From Eledone cirrhosa (Eukaryota): a stretch of DNA of 64,000 nucleotides. Of the stretch, positions 37,801 to 50,500 are shown piece by piece. Positions within the stretch are counted from its first letter, which is position 1, and each line of letters begins with the position of its first letter. The DNA is taken from NCBI GenBank assembly GCA_964016885.1, contig OZ024744.1, positions 806,001-870,000 of the forward strand, in the 5' to 3' direction. The position numbers were made by a program, and so were the translations under genes. The notes below the pieces were generated by a model. That model was not told the DNA's origin and made no database searches. It saw only the letters and a program-made list of their open reading frames with translations.

Positions 37801-40800
37801 AGAAAGATAGCTTGGTGAAGAACGACGTTTTGAGGGAAGACAAGGTAGAGAAAGATAGCTTGGTGAAGAACGAAGTTTTGGGGGAAGACAAGGTAGAGAA
37901 AGATAGCTTGATGAAGTACGAAGTTTTGGGGGAAGACAAGGTAGAGAAAGATAGCTTGGTGAAGAACGACGTTTTGTGGGAAGACAAAGTAGAGAAACAT
38001 AGTTGGTGAAGAACGAAGTTTTGAGGGAAGACAAGGTAGAGAAAGATAGCTTGATGAAGAACGAAGTTTTGAGGGAAGACAAGGTAGAGAAAGATAGCTT
38101 GGTGAAGAACGAAGTTTTGAGGGAAGACAAGGTAGAGAAAGATAGCTTCATGAAGAACGAAGTTTTGAGGGAAGACAAGGTAGAGAAAGATAGCTTGGTG
38201 AAGAACGAAGTTTTGAGGGAAGACAAAGTATAGAAAGATAGCTTGGTGAAGAACGAAGTTTTGGGGGAAGACAATGTAGAGAAAGATAGCTTGATGAAGA
38301 ACGAAGTTTTGGGGGAAGACAAGGTAGAGAAAGATAGCTTGGTGAAGAACGAAGTTTTGAGGGAAGACAAGGTAGAGAAAGATAGCTTGGTGAAGAACGA
38401 AGTTTTGGGGGAAGACAAGGTAGAGAAAGATAGCTTGGTGAAGAACGAAGTTTTGAGGGAAGACAAGGTAGAGAAAGATAGTTGGTGAAGAACGAAATTT
38501 TGAGGGAAGACAAGGTAGAGAAAAATAGCTTGGTGAAGAACGACGTTTTGAGGGAAGACAAGGTAGAGAAAGATAGCTTGGTGAAGAACGAAGTTTTGGG
38601 GGAAGACAAGGTAGAGAAAGATAGCTTGATGAAGTACGAAGTTTTGGGGGAAGACAAGGTAGAGAAAGATAGCTTGGTGAAGAACGACGTTTTGAGGGAA
38701 GACAAGGTAGAGAAAGATAGCTTGGTGAAGAACGAAGTTTTGGGGGAAGACAAGGTAGAGAAAGATAGCTTGATGAAGTACGAAGTTTTGGGGGAAGACA
38801 AGGTAGAGAAAGATAGCTTGGTGAAGAACGACGTTTTGTGGGAAGACAAGTTAGAGAAACATAGTTGGTGAAGAACGAAGTTTTGAGGGAAGACAAGGTA
38901 GAGAAAGATAGCTTGATGAAGAACGAAGTTTTGAGGGAAGACAAGGTAGAGAAAGATAGCTTGGTGAAGAACGAAGTTTTGAGGGAAGACAAGGTAGAGA
39001 AAGATAGCTTCATGAAGAACGAAGTTTTGGGGGAAGACAAAGTATAGAAAGATAGCTTGGTGAAGAACGAAGTTTTGGGGGAAGACAATGTAGAAAAAGA
39101 TAGCTTGATGAAGAACGAAGTTTTGGGGGAAGACAAGGTAGAGAAAGCTAGCTTGGTGAAGAACGAGGTTTTGAGGGAAGACAAGGTAGAGAAAGATAGC
39201 TTGGTGAAGAACGAAGTTTTGGGGGAAGACAAGGTAGAGAAAGATAGCTTCATGAAGAACGAAGTTTTGAGGGAAGACAAGGTAGAGAAAGATAGCTTGG
39301 TGAAGAACGAAGTTTTGAGGGAAGACAAAGTATAGAAAGATAGCTTGGTGAAGAACGAAGTTTTGGGGGAAGACAATGTAGAGAAAGATAGCTTGATGAA
39401 GAACGAAGTTTTGAGGGAAGACAAGGTAGAGAAAGATAGCCTGGTGAAGAACGAAGTTTTGGGGGATGACAAAGTAGAGAAAGATAGCTTGGTGAAGAAC
39501 GAAGTTTTGGGGGAAGACAAGGTAGAGAAAGATAGCTTGATGAAGAACAAAGTTTTGGGGGAAGACAAGGAAGAGGAAGATAGCTTGGTGAAGAACGAAG
39601 TTTTAGGGAAGACAAGGTAGAGAAAGATAGCTTGGTGAAGAACGAAGTTTTGGGGGAAGACAAGGTAGAGAAAGATAGCTTGGTGAAGAACGAAGTTTTG
39701 CGGAAGACAAGGTAGAGAAATATAGCTCGGTGAAGAACGAAGTTTTGAGGGAAGACAAGGTAGAGAAAGATAGTTGGTGAAGAACGAAATTTTGAGGGAA
39801 GACAAGGTAGAGAAAGATAGCTTGATGAAGAACAAAGTTTTGAGGGAAGACAAGGTAGAGAAAGATAGCTTGATGAAGTACGAAGTTTTGGGGGAAGACA
39901 AGGTAGAGAAAGATAGCTTGGTGAAGAACGAAGTTTTGAGGGAAGACAAGGTAGAGAAAGATAGCTTGATGAAGAACGAAGTTTTGAGGGAAGACAAGGT
40001 AGGGAAAGATAGCTTGGTGAAGGACGAAGTTTTGAGGGAAGACAAGGTAGAGAAAGATAGCTTGGTGAAGAACGAAGTTTTGGGGGAAGACAAAGTATAG
40101 AAAGATAGCTTGGTGAAGAACGAAGTTTTGGGGGAAGACAATGTAGAGAAAGATAGCTTGATGAAGAATGAAGTTTTGGGGGAAGACAAGGTAGAGAAAG
40201 ATAGCTTGGTGAAGAACGAGGTTTTGAGGGAAGACAAGGTAGAGAAAGATAGCTTGGTGAAGAACGAAGTTTTGGGGGAAGACAAGGTAGAGAAAGATAG
40301 CTTGGTGAAGAACGAAGTTTTGAGGGAAGACAAGGTAGAGAAAGATAGCTTGGTGAAGAACGAAGTTTTGGGGGAAGACAAGGTAGAGAAAGATAGCTTG
40401 GTGAAGAACGAAGTTTTGAGGGAAGACAAGGTAGAGAAAGATAGTTGGTGAAGAACGAAATTTTGAAAGAAGACAAGGTAGAGAAAAATAGCTTGGTGAA
40501 GAACGACGTTTTGAGGGAAGACAAGGTAGAGAAAGATAGCTTGGTGAAGAACGAAGTTTTGGGGGAAGACAAGGTAGAGAAAGATAGCTTGATGAAGTAC
40601 GAAGTTTTGGGGGAAGACAAGGTAGAGAAAGATAGCTTGGTGAAGAACGACGTTTTGAGGGAAGACAAGGTAGAGAAAGATAGCTTGGTGAAGAACGAAG
40701 TTTTGGGGGAAGACAAGGTAGAGAAAGATAGCTTGATGAAGTACGAAGTTTTGGGGGAAGACAAGGTAGAGAAAGATAGCTTGGTGAAGAACGACGTTTT

Positions 40801-43800
40801 GTGGGAAGACAAGGTAGAGAAACATAGTTGGTGAAGAACGAAGTTTTGAGGGAAGACAAGGTAGAGAAAGATAGCTTGATGAAGAACGAAGTTTTGAGGG
40901 AAGACAAGGTAGAGAAAGATAGCTTGGTGAAGAACGAAGTTTTGAGGGAAGACAAGGTAGAGAAAGATAGCTTCATGAAGAACGAAGTTTTGAGGGAAGA
41001 CAAGGTAGAGAAAGATAGCTTGGTGAAGAACGAAGTTTTGAGGGAAGACAAAGTATAGAAAGATAGCTTGGTGAAGAACGAAGTTTTGGGGGAAGACAAT
41101 GTAGAGAAAGATAGCTTGATGAAGAACGAAGTTTTGAGGGAAGACAAGGTAGAGAAAGATTACCTGGTGAAGAACGAAGTTTTGGGGGATGACAAAGTAG
41201 AGAAAGATAGCTTGGTGAAGAACGAAGTTTTGGGGGAAGACAAGGTAGAGAAAGATAGCTTGATGAAGAACAAAGTTTTGGGGGAAGACAAGGAAGAGGA
41301 AGATAGCTTGGTGAAGAACGAAGTTTTAGGGAAGACAAGGTAGAGAAAGATAGCTTGGTGAAGAACGAAGTTTTGGGGGAAGACAAGGTAGAGAAAGATA
41401 GCTTGGTGAAGAACGAAGTTTTGCGGAAGACAAGGTAGAGAAATATAGCTCGGTGAAGAACGAAGTTTTGAGGGAAGACAAGGTAGAGAAAGATAGTTGG
41501 TGAAGAACGAAATTTTGAGGGAAGACAAGGTAGAGAAAGATAGCTTGATGAAGAACAAAGTTTTGAGGGAAGACAAGGTAGAGAAAGATAGCTTGATGAA
41601 GTACGAAGTTTTGGGGGAAGACAAGGTAGAGAAAGATAGCTTGGTGAAGAACGAAGTTTTGAGGGAAGACAAGGTAGAGAAAGATAGCTTGATGAAGAAC
41701 GAAGTTTTGAGGGAAGACAAGGTAGGGAAAGATAGCTTGGTGAAGAACGAAGTTTTGAGGGAAGACAAGGTAGAGAAAGATAGCTTGGTGAAGAACGAAG
41801 TTTTGGGGGAAGACAAAGTATAGAAAGATAGCTTGGTGAAGAACGAAGTTTTGGGGGAAGACAATGTAGAGAAAGATAGCTTGATGAAGAATGAAGTTTT
41901 GGGGGAAGACAAGGTAGAGAAAGATAGCTTGGTGAAGAACGAGGTTTTGAGGGAAGACAAGGTAGAGAAAGATAGCTTGGTGAAGAACGAAGTTTTGGGG
42001 GAAGACAAGGTAGAGAAAGATAGCTTGGTGAAGAACGAAGTTTTGAGGGAAGACAAGGTAGAGAAAGATAGCTTGGTGAAGAACGAAGTTTTGGGGGAAG
42101 ACAAGGTAGAGAAAGATAGCTTGGTGAAGAACGAAGTTTTGAGGGAAGACAAGGTAGAGAAAGATAGTTGGTGAAGAACGAAATTTTGAGGGAAGACAAG
42201 GTAGAGAAAAATAGCTTGGTGAAGAACGACGTTTTGAGGGAAGACAAAGTAGAGAAAGATAGCTTGGTGAAGAACGAAGTTTTGGGGGAAGACAAGGTAG
42301 AGAAAGATAGCTTGATGAAGTACGAAGTTTTGGGGGAAGACAAGGTAGAGAAAGATAGCTTGGTGAAGAACGACGTTTTGAGGGAAGACAAGGTAGAGAA
42401 AGATAGCTTGGTGAAGAACGAAGTTTTGGGGGAAGACAAGGTAGAGAAAGATAGCTTGATGAAGTACGAAGTTTTGGGGGAAGACAAGGTAGAGAAAGAT
42501 AGCTTGGTGAAGAACGACGTTTTGTGGGAAGACAAAGTAGAGAAACATAGTTGGTGAAGAACGAAGTTTTGAGGGAAGACAAGGTAGAGAAAGATAGCTT
42601 GATGAAGAACGAAGTTTTGAGGGAAGACAAGGTAGAGAAAGATAGCTTGGTGAAGAACGAAGTTTTGAGGGAAGACAAGGTAGAGAAAGATAGCTTCATG
42701 AAGAACGAAGTTTTGAGGGAAGACAAGGTAGAGAAAGATAGCTTGGTGAAGAACGAAGTTTTGAGGGAAGACAAAGTATAGAAAGATAGCTTGGTGAAGA
42801 ACGAAGTTTTGGGGGAAGACAATGTAGAGAAAGATAGCTTGATGAAGAACGAAGTTTTGGGGGAAGACAAGGTAGAGAAAGATAGCTTGGTGAAGAACGA
42901 AGTTTTGAGGGAAGACAAGGTAGAGAAAGATAGCTTGGTGAAGAACGAAGTTTTGGGGGAAGACAAGGTAGAGAAAGATAGCTTGGTGAAGAACGAAGTT
43001 TTGAGGGAAGACAAGGTAGAGAAAGATAGTTGGTGAAGAACGAAATTTTGAGGGAAGACAAGGTAGAGAAAAATAGCTTGGTGAAGAACGACGTTTTGAG
43101 GGAAGACAAGGTAGAGAAAGATAGCTTGGTGAAGAACGAAGTTTTGGGGGAAGACAAGGTAGAGAAAGATAGCTTGATGAAGTACGAAGTTTTGGGGGAA
43201 GACAAGGTAGAGAAAGATAGCTTGGTGAAGAACGACGTTTTGAGGGAAGACAAGGTAGAGAAAGATAGCTTGGTGAAGAACGAAGTTTTGGGGGAAGACA
43301 AGGTAGAGAAAGATAGCTTGATGAAGTACGAAGTTTTGGGGGAAGACAAGGTAGAGAAAGATAGCTTGGTGAAGAACGACGTTTTGTGGGAAGACAAGTT
43401 AGAGAAACATAGTTGGTGAAGAACGAAGTTTTGAGGGAAGACAAGGTAGAGAAAGATAGCTTGATGAAGAACGAAGTTTTGAGGGAAGACAAGGTAGAGA
43501 AAGATAGCTTGGTGAAGAACGAAGTTTTGAGGGAAGACAAGGTAGAGAAAGATAGTTGGTGAAGAACGAAGTTTTGGGGGAAGACAAAGTATAGAAAGAT
43601 AGCTTGGTGAAGAACGAAGTTTTGGGGGAAGACAATGTAGAAAAAGATAGCTTGATGAAGAACGAAGTTTTGGGGGAAGACAAGGTAGAGAAAGATAGCT
43701 TGGTGAAGAACGAGGTTTTGAGGGAAGACAAGGTAGAGAAAGATAGCTTGGTGAAGAACGAAGTTTTGGGGGAAGACAAGGTAGAGAAAGATAGCTTCAT

Positions 43801-44520
43801 GAAGAACGAAGTTTTGAGGGAAGACAAGGTAGAGAAAGATAGCTTGGTGAAGAACGAAGTTTTGAGGGAAGACAAAGTATAGAAAGATAGCTTGGTGAAG
43901 AACGAAGTTTTGGGGGAAGACAATGTAGAGAAAGATAGCTTGATGAAGAACGAAGTTTTGAGGGAAGACAAGGTAGAGAAAGATAGCCTGGTGAAGAACG
44001 AAGTTTTGGGGGATGACAAAGTAGAGAAAGATAGCTTGGTGAAGAACGAAGTTTTGGGGGAAGACAAGGTAGAGAAAGATAGCTTGATGAAGAACAAAGT
44101 TTTGGGGGAAGACAAGGAAGAGGAAGATAGCTTGGTGAAGAACGAAGTTTTAGGGAAGACAAGGTAGAGAAAGATAGCTTGGTGAAGAACGAAGTTTTGG
44201 GGGAAGACAAGGTAGAGAAAGATAGCTTGGTGAAGAACGAAGTTTTGCGGAAGACAAGGTAGAGAAATATAGCTCGGTGAAGAACGAAGTTTTGAGGGAA
44301 GACAAGGTAGAGAAAGATAGTTGGTGAAGAACGAAATTTTGAGGGAAGACAAGGTAGAGAAAGATAGCTTGATGAAGAACAAAGTTTTGAGGGAAGACAA
44401 GGTAGAGAAAGATAGCTTGATGAAGTACGAAGTTTTGGGGGAAGACAAGGTAGAGAAAGATAGCTTGGTGAAGAACGAAGTTTTGAGGGAAGACAAGGTA
44501 GAGAAAGATAGCTTGATGAA
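34890..44520 (+). repeat. Higher-order duplication, offset 4,548/4,547 bp (95 monomers)
   Basis: ORF pairs from 35226/39774 through 38482/43030 differ by 4,548, and 39057/43604 and 39345/43892 differ by 4,547. TTTTGAAAGAAG (about 35913/40461) and GATTACCTGG (about 36610/41158) were seen only in these two copies. Confidence 0.93.
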
Positions 44521-47500
44521 GAACGAAGTGTTGAGGGAAGACAAGGTAGGGAAAGATAGCTTGGTGAAGAACGAAGTTTTGAGGGAAGACAAGGTAGAGA
44601 AAGATAGCTTGGTGAAGAACGAAGTTTTGGGGGAAGACAAAGTATAGAAAGATAGCTTGGTGAAGAACGAAGTTTTGGGGGAAGACAATGTAGAGAAAGA
44701 TAGCTTGATGAAGAATGAAGTTTTGGGGGAAGACAAGGTAGAGAAAGATAGCTTGGTGAAGAACGAGGTTTTGAGGGAAGACAAGGTAGAGAAAGATAGC
44801 TTGGTGAAGAACGAAGTTTTGGGGGAAGACAAGGTAGAGAAAGATAGCTTGGTGAAGAACGAAGTTTTGAGGGAAGACAAGGTAGAGAAAGATAGCTTGG
44901 TGAAGAACGAAGTTTTGGGGGAAGACAAGGTAGAGAAAGATAGCTTGGTGAAGAACGAAGTTTTGAGGGAAGACAAGGTAGAGAAAGATAGTTGGTGAAG
45001 AACGAAATTTTGAGGGAAGACAAGGTAGAGAAAAATAGCTTGGTGAAGAACGACGTTTTGAGGGAAGACAAAGTAGAGAAAGATAGCTTGGTGAAGAACG
45101 AAGTTTTGGGGGAAGACAAGGTAGAGAAAGATAGCTTGATGAAGTACGAAGTTTTGGGGGAAGACAAGGTAGAGAAAGATAGCTTGGTGAAGAACGACGT
45201 TTTGAGGGAAGACAAGGTAGAGAAAGATAGCTTGGTGAAGAACGAAGTTTTGGGGGAAGACAAGGTAGAGAAAGATAGCTTGATGAAGTACGAAGTTTTG
45301 GGGGAAGACAAGGTAGAGAAAGATAGCTTGGTGAAGAACGACGTTTTGTGGGAAGACAAAGTAGAGAAACATAGTTGGTGAAGAACGAAGTTTTGAGGGA
45401 AGACAAGGTAGAGAAAGATAGCTTGATGAAGAACGAAGTTTTGAGGGAAGACAAGGTAGAGAAAGATAGCTTGGTGAAGAACGAAGTTTTGAGGGAAGAC
45501 AAGGTAGAGAAAGATAGCTTCATGAAGAACGAAGTTTTGAGGGAAGACAAGGTAGAGAAAGATAGCTTGGTGAAGAACGAAGTTTTGAGGGAAGACAAAG
45601 TATAGAAAGATAGCTTGGTGAAGAACGAAGTTTTGGGGGAAGACAATGTAGAGAAAGATAGCTTGATGAAGAACGAAGTTTTGGGGGAAGACAAGGTAGA
45701 GAAAGATAGCTTGGTGAAGAACGAAGTTTTGAGGGAAGACAAGGTAGAGAAAGATAGCTTGGTGAAGAACGAAGTTTTGAGGGAAGACAAGGTAGAGAAA
45801 GATAGCTTGGTGAAGAACGATGTTTTGGGGGAAGACAAGGTAGAGAAAGATAGCTTGGTGAAGAACGAAGTTTTGAGGGAAGACAAGGTAGAGAAAGATA
45901 GTTGGTGAAGAACGAAATTTTGAGGGAAGACAAGGTAGAGAAAAATAGCTTGGTGAAGAACGACGTTTTGAGGGAAGACAAGGTAGAGAAAGATAGCTTG
46001 GTGAAGAACGAAGTTTTGGGGGAAGACAAGGTAGAGAAAGATAGCTTGATGAAGTACGAAGTTTTGGGGGAAGACAAGGTAGAGAAAGATAGCTTGGTGA
46101 AGAACGACGTTTTGAGGGAAGACAAGGTAGAGAAAGATAGCTTGGTGAAGAACGAAGTTTTGGGGGAAGACAAGGTAGAGAAAGATAGCTTGATGAAGTA
46201 CGAAGTTTTGGGGGAAGACAAGGTAGAGAAAGATAGCTTGGTGAAGAACGACGTTTTGTGGGAAGACAAGTTAGAGAAACATAGTTGGTGAAGAACGAAG
46301 TTTTGAGGGAAGACAAGGTAGAGAAAGATAGCTTGATGAAGAACGAAGTTTTGAGGGAAGACAAGGTAGAGAAAGATAGCTTGGTGAAGAACGAAGTTTT
46401 GAGGGAAGACAAGGTAGAGAAAGATAGCTTCATGAAGAACGAAGTTTTGGGGGAAGACAAAGTATAGAAAGATAGCTTGGTGAAGAACGAAGTTTTGGGG
46501 GAAGACAATGTAGAAAAAGATAGCTTGATGAAGAACGAAGTTTTGGGGGAAGACAAGGTAGAGAAAGATAGCTTGGTGAAGAACGAGGTTTTGAGGGAAG
46601 ACAAGGTAGAGAAAGATAGCTTGGTGAAGAACGAAGTTTTGGGGGAAGACAAGGTAGAGAAAGATAGCTTGGTGAAGAACGAAGTTTTGAGGGAAGACAA
46701 GGTAGAGAAAGATAGCTTGGTGAAGAACGAAGTTTTGGGGGAAGACAAGGTAGAGAAAGATAGCTTGGTGAAGAACGAAGTTTTGAGGGAAGACAAGGTA
46801 GAGAAAGATAGTTGGTGAAGAACGAAATTTTGAGGGAAGACAAGGTAGAGAAAAATAGCTTGGTGAAGAACGACGTTTTGAGGGAAGACAAGGTAGAGAA
46901 AGATAGCTTGGTGAAGAACGAAGTTTTGGGGGAAGACAAGGTAGAGAAAGATAGCTTGATGAAGTACGAAGTTTTGGGGGAAGACAAGGTAGAGAAGGAT
47001 AGCTTGATGAAGTACGAAGTTTTGGGGGAAGACAAGGTAGAGAAAGATAGCTTGGTGAAGAACGACGTTTTGTGGGAAGACAAGGTAGAGAAACATAGTT
47101 GGTGAAGAACGAAGTTTTGAGGGAAGACAAGGTAGAGAAAGATAGCTTGATGAAGAACGAAGTTTTGAGGGAAGACAAGGTAGAGAAAGATAGCTTGGTG
47201 AAGAACGAAGTTTTGAGGGAAGACAAGGTAGAGAAAGATAGCTTCATGAAGAACGAAGTTTTGAGGGAAGACAAGGTAGAGAAAGATAGCTTGGTGAAGA
47301 ACGAAGTTTTGAGGGAAGACAAAGTATAGAAAGATAGCTTGGTGAAGAACGAAGTTTTGGGGGAAGACAATGTAGAGAAAGATAGCTTGATGAAGAACGA
47401 AGTTTTGGGGGAAGACAAGGTAGAGAAAGATAGCTTGGTGAAGAACGAAGTTTTGAGGGAAGACAAGGTAGAGAAAGATAGCTTGGTGAAGAACGAAGTT

Positions 47501-50500
47501 TTGAGGGAAGACAAGGTAGAGAAAGATAGCTTGGTGAAGAACGAAGTTTTGGGGGAAGACAAGGTAGAGAAAGATAGCTTGGTGAAGAACGAAGTTTTGA
47601 GGGAAGACAAGGTAGAGAAAGATAGTTGGTGAAGAACGAAATTTTGAGGGAAGACAAGGTAGAGAAAAATAGCTTGGTGAAGAACGACGTTTTGAGGGAA
47701 GACAAGGTAGAGAAAGATAGCTTGGTGAAGAACGAAGTTTTGGGGGAAGACAAGGTAGAGAAAGATAGCTTGATGAAGTACGAAGTTTTGGGGGAAGACA
47801 AGGTAGAGAAAGATAGCTTGGTGAAGAACGACGTTTTGAGGGAAGACAAGGTAGAGAAAGATAGCTTGGTGAAGAACGAAGTTTTGGGGGAAGACAAGGT
47901 AGAGAAAGATAGCTTGATGAAGTACGAAGTTTTGGGGGAAGACAAGGTAGAGAAAGATAGCTTGGTGAAGAACGACGTTTTGTGGGAAGACAAGTTAGAG
48001 AAACATAGTTGGTGAAGAACGAAGTTTTGAGGGAAGACAAGGTAGAGAAAGATAGCTTGATGAAGAACGAAGTTTTGAGGGAAGACAAGGTAGAGAAAGA
48101 TAGCTTGGTGAAGAACGAAGTTTTGAGGGAAGACAAGGTAGAGAAAGATAGCTTCATGAAGAACGAAGTTTTGGGGGAAGACAAAGTATAGAAAGATAGC
48201 TTGGTGAAGAACGAAGTTTTGGGGGAAGACAATGTAGAAAAAGATAGCTTGATGAAGAACGAAGTTTTGGGGGAAGACAAGGTAGAGAAAGATAGCTTGG
48301 TGAAGAACGAGGTTTTGAGGGAAGACAAGGTAGAGAAAGATAGCTTGGTGAAGAACGAAGTTTTGGGGGAAGACAAGGTAGAGAAAGATAGCTTCATGAA
48401 GAACGAAGTTTTGAGGGAAGACAAGGTAGAGAAAGATAGCTTGGTGAAGAACGAAGTTTTGAGGGAAGACAAAGTATAGAAAGATAGCTTGGTGAAGAAC
48501 GAAGTTTTGGGGGAAGACAATGTAGAGAAAGATAGCTTGATGAAGAACGAAGTTTTGAGGGAAGACAAGGTAGAGAAAGATAGCCTGGTGAAGAACGAAG
48601 TTTTGGGGGATGACAAAGTAGAGAAAGATAGCTTGGTGAAGAACGAAGTTTTGGGGGAAGACAAGGTAGAGAAAGATAGCTTGATGAAGAACAAAGTTTT
48701 GGGGGAAGACAAGGAAGAGGAAGATAGCTTGGTGAAGAACGAAGTTTTAGGGAAGGCAAGGTAGAGAAAGATAGCTTGGTGAAGAACGAAGTTTTGGGGG
48801 AAGACAAGGTAGAGAAAGATAGCTTGGTGAAGAACGAAGTTTTGCGGAAGACAAGGTAGAGAAATATAGCTCGGTGAAGAACGAAGTTTTGAGGGAAGAC
48901 AAGGTAGAGAAAGATAGTTGGTGAAGAACGAAATTTTGAGGGAAGACAAGGTAGAGAAAGATAGCTTGATGAAGAACAAAGTTTTGAGGGAAGACAAGGT
49001 AGAGAAAGATAGCTTGATGAAGTACGAAGTTTTGGGGGAAGACAAGGTAGAGAAAGATAGCTTGGTGAAGAACGAAGTTTTGAGGGAAGACAAGGTAGAG
49101 AAAGATAGCTTGATGAAGAACGAAGTTTTGAGGGAAGACAAGGTAGGGAAAGATAGCTTGGTGAAGAACGAAGTTTTGAGGGAAGACAAGGTAGAGAAAG
49201 ATAGCTTGGTGAAGAACGAAGTTTTGGGGGAAGACAAAGTATAGAAAGATAGCTTGGTGAAGAACGAAGTTTTGGGGGAAGACAATGTAGAGAAAGATAG
49301 CTTGATGAAGAATGAAGTTTTGGGGGAAGACAAGGTAGAGAAAGATAGCTTGGTGAAGAACGAGGTTTTGAGGGAAGACAAGGTAGAGAAAGATAGCTTG
49401 GTGAAGAACGAAGTTTTGGGGGAAGACAAGGTAGAGAAAGATAGCTTGGTGAAGAACGAAGTTTTGAGGGAAGACAAGGTAGAGAAAGATAGCTTGGTGA
49501 AGAACGAAGTTTTGGGGGAAGACAAGGTAGAGAAAGATAGCTTGGTGAAGAACGAAGCTTTGAGGGAAGACAAGGTAGAGAAAGATAGTTGGTGAAGAAC
49601 GAAATTTTGAGGGAAGACAAGGTAGAGAAAAATAGCTTGGTGAAGAACGACGTTTTGAGGGAAGACAAAGTAGAGAAAGATAGCTTGGTGAAGAACGAAG
49701 TTTTGGGGGAAGACAAGGTAGAGAAAGATAGCTTGATGAAGTACGAAGTTTTGGGGGAAGACAAGGTAGAGAAAGATAGCTTGGTGAAGAACGACGTTTT
49801 GAGGGAAGACAAGGTAGAGAAAGATAGCTTGGTGAAGAACGAAGTTTTGGGGGAAGACAAGGTAGAGAAAGATAGCTTGATGAAGTACGAAGTTTTGGGG
49901 GAAGACAAGGTAGAGAAAGATAGCTTGGTGAAGAACGACGTTTTGTGGGAAGACAAAGTAGAGAAACATAGTTGGTGAAGAACGAAGTTTTGAGGGAAGA
50001 CAAGGTAGAGAAAGATAGCTTGATGAAGAACGAAGTTTTGAGGGAAGACAAGGTAGAGAAAGATAGCTTGGTGAAGAACGAAGTTTTGAGGGAAGACAAG
50101 GTAGAGAAAGATAGCTTCATGAAGAACGAAGTTTTGAGGGAAGACAAGGTAGAGAAAGATAGCTTGGTGAAGAACGAAGTTTTGAGGGAAGACAAAGTAT
50201 AGAAAGATAGCTTGGTGAAGAACGAAGTTTTGGGGGAAGACAATGTAGAGAAAGATAGCTTGATGAAGAACGAAGTTTTGGGGGAAGACAAGGTAGAGAA
50301 AGATAGCTTGGTGAAGAACGAAGTTTTGAGGGAAGACAAGGTAGAGAAAGATAGCTTGGTGAAGAACGAAGTTTTGAGGGAAGACAAGGTAGAGAAAGAT
50401 AGCTTGGTGAAGAACGAAGTTTTGGGGGAAGACAAGGTAGAGAAAGATAGCTTGGTGAAGAACGAAGTTTTAAGGGAAGACAAGGTAGAGAAAGATAGTT

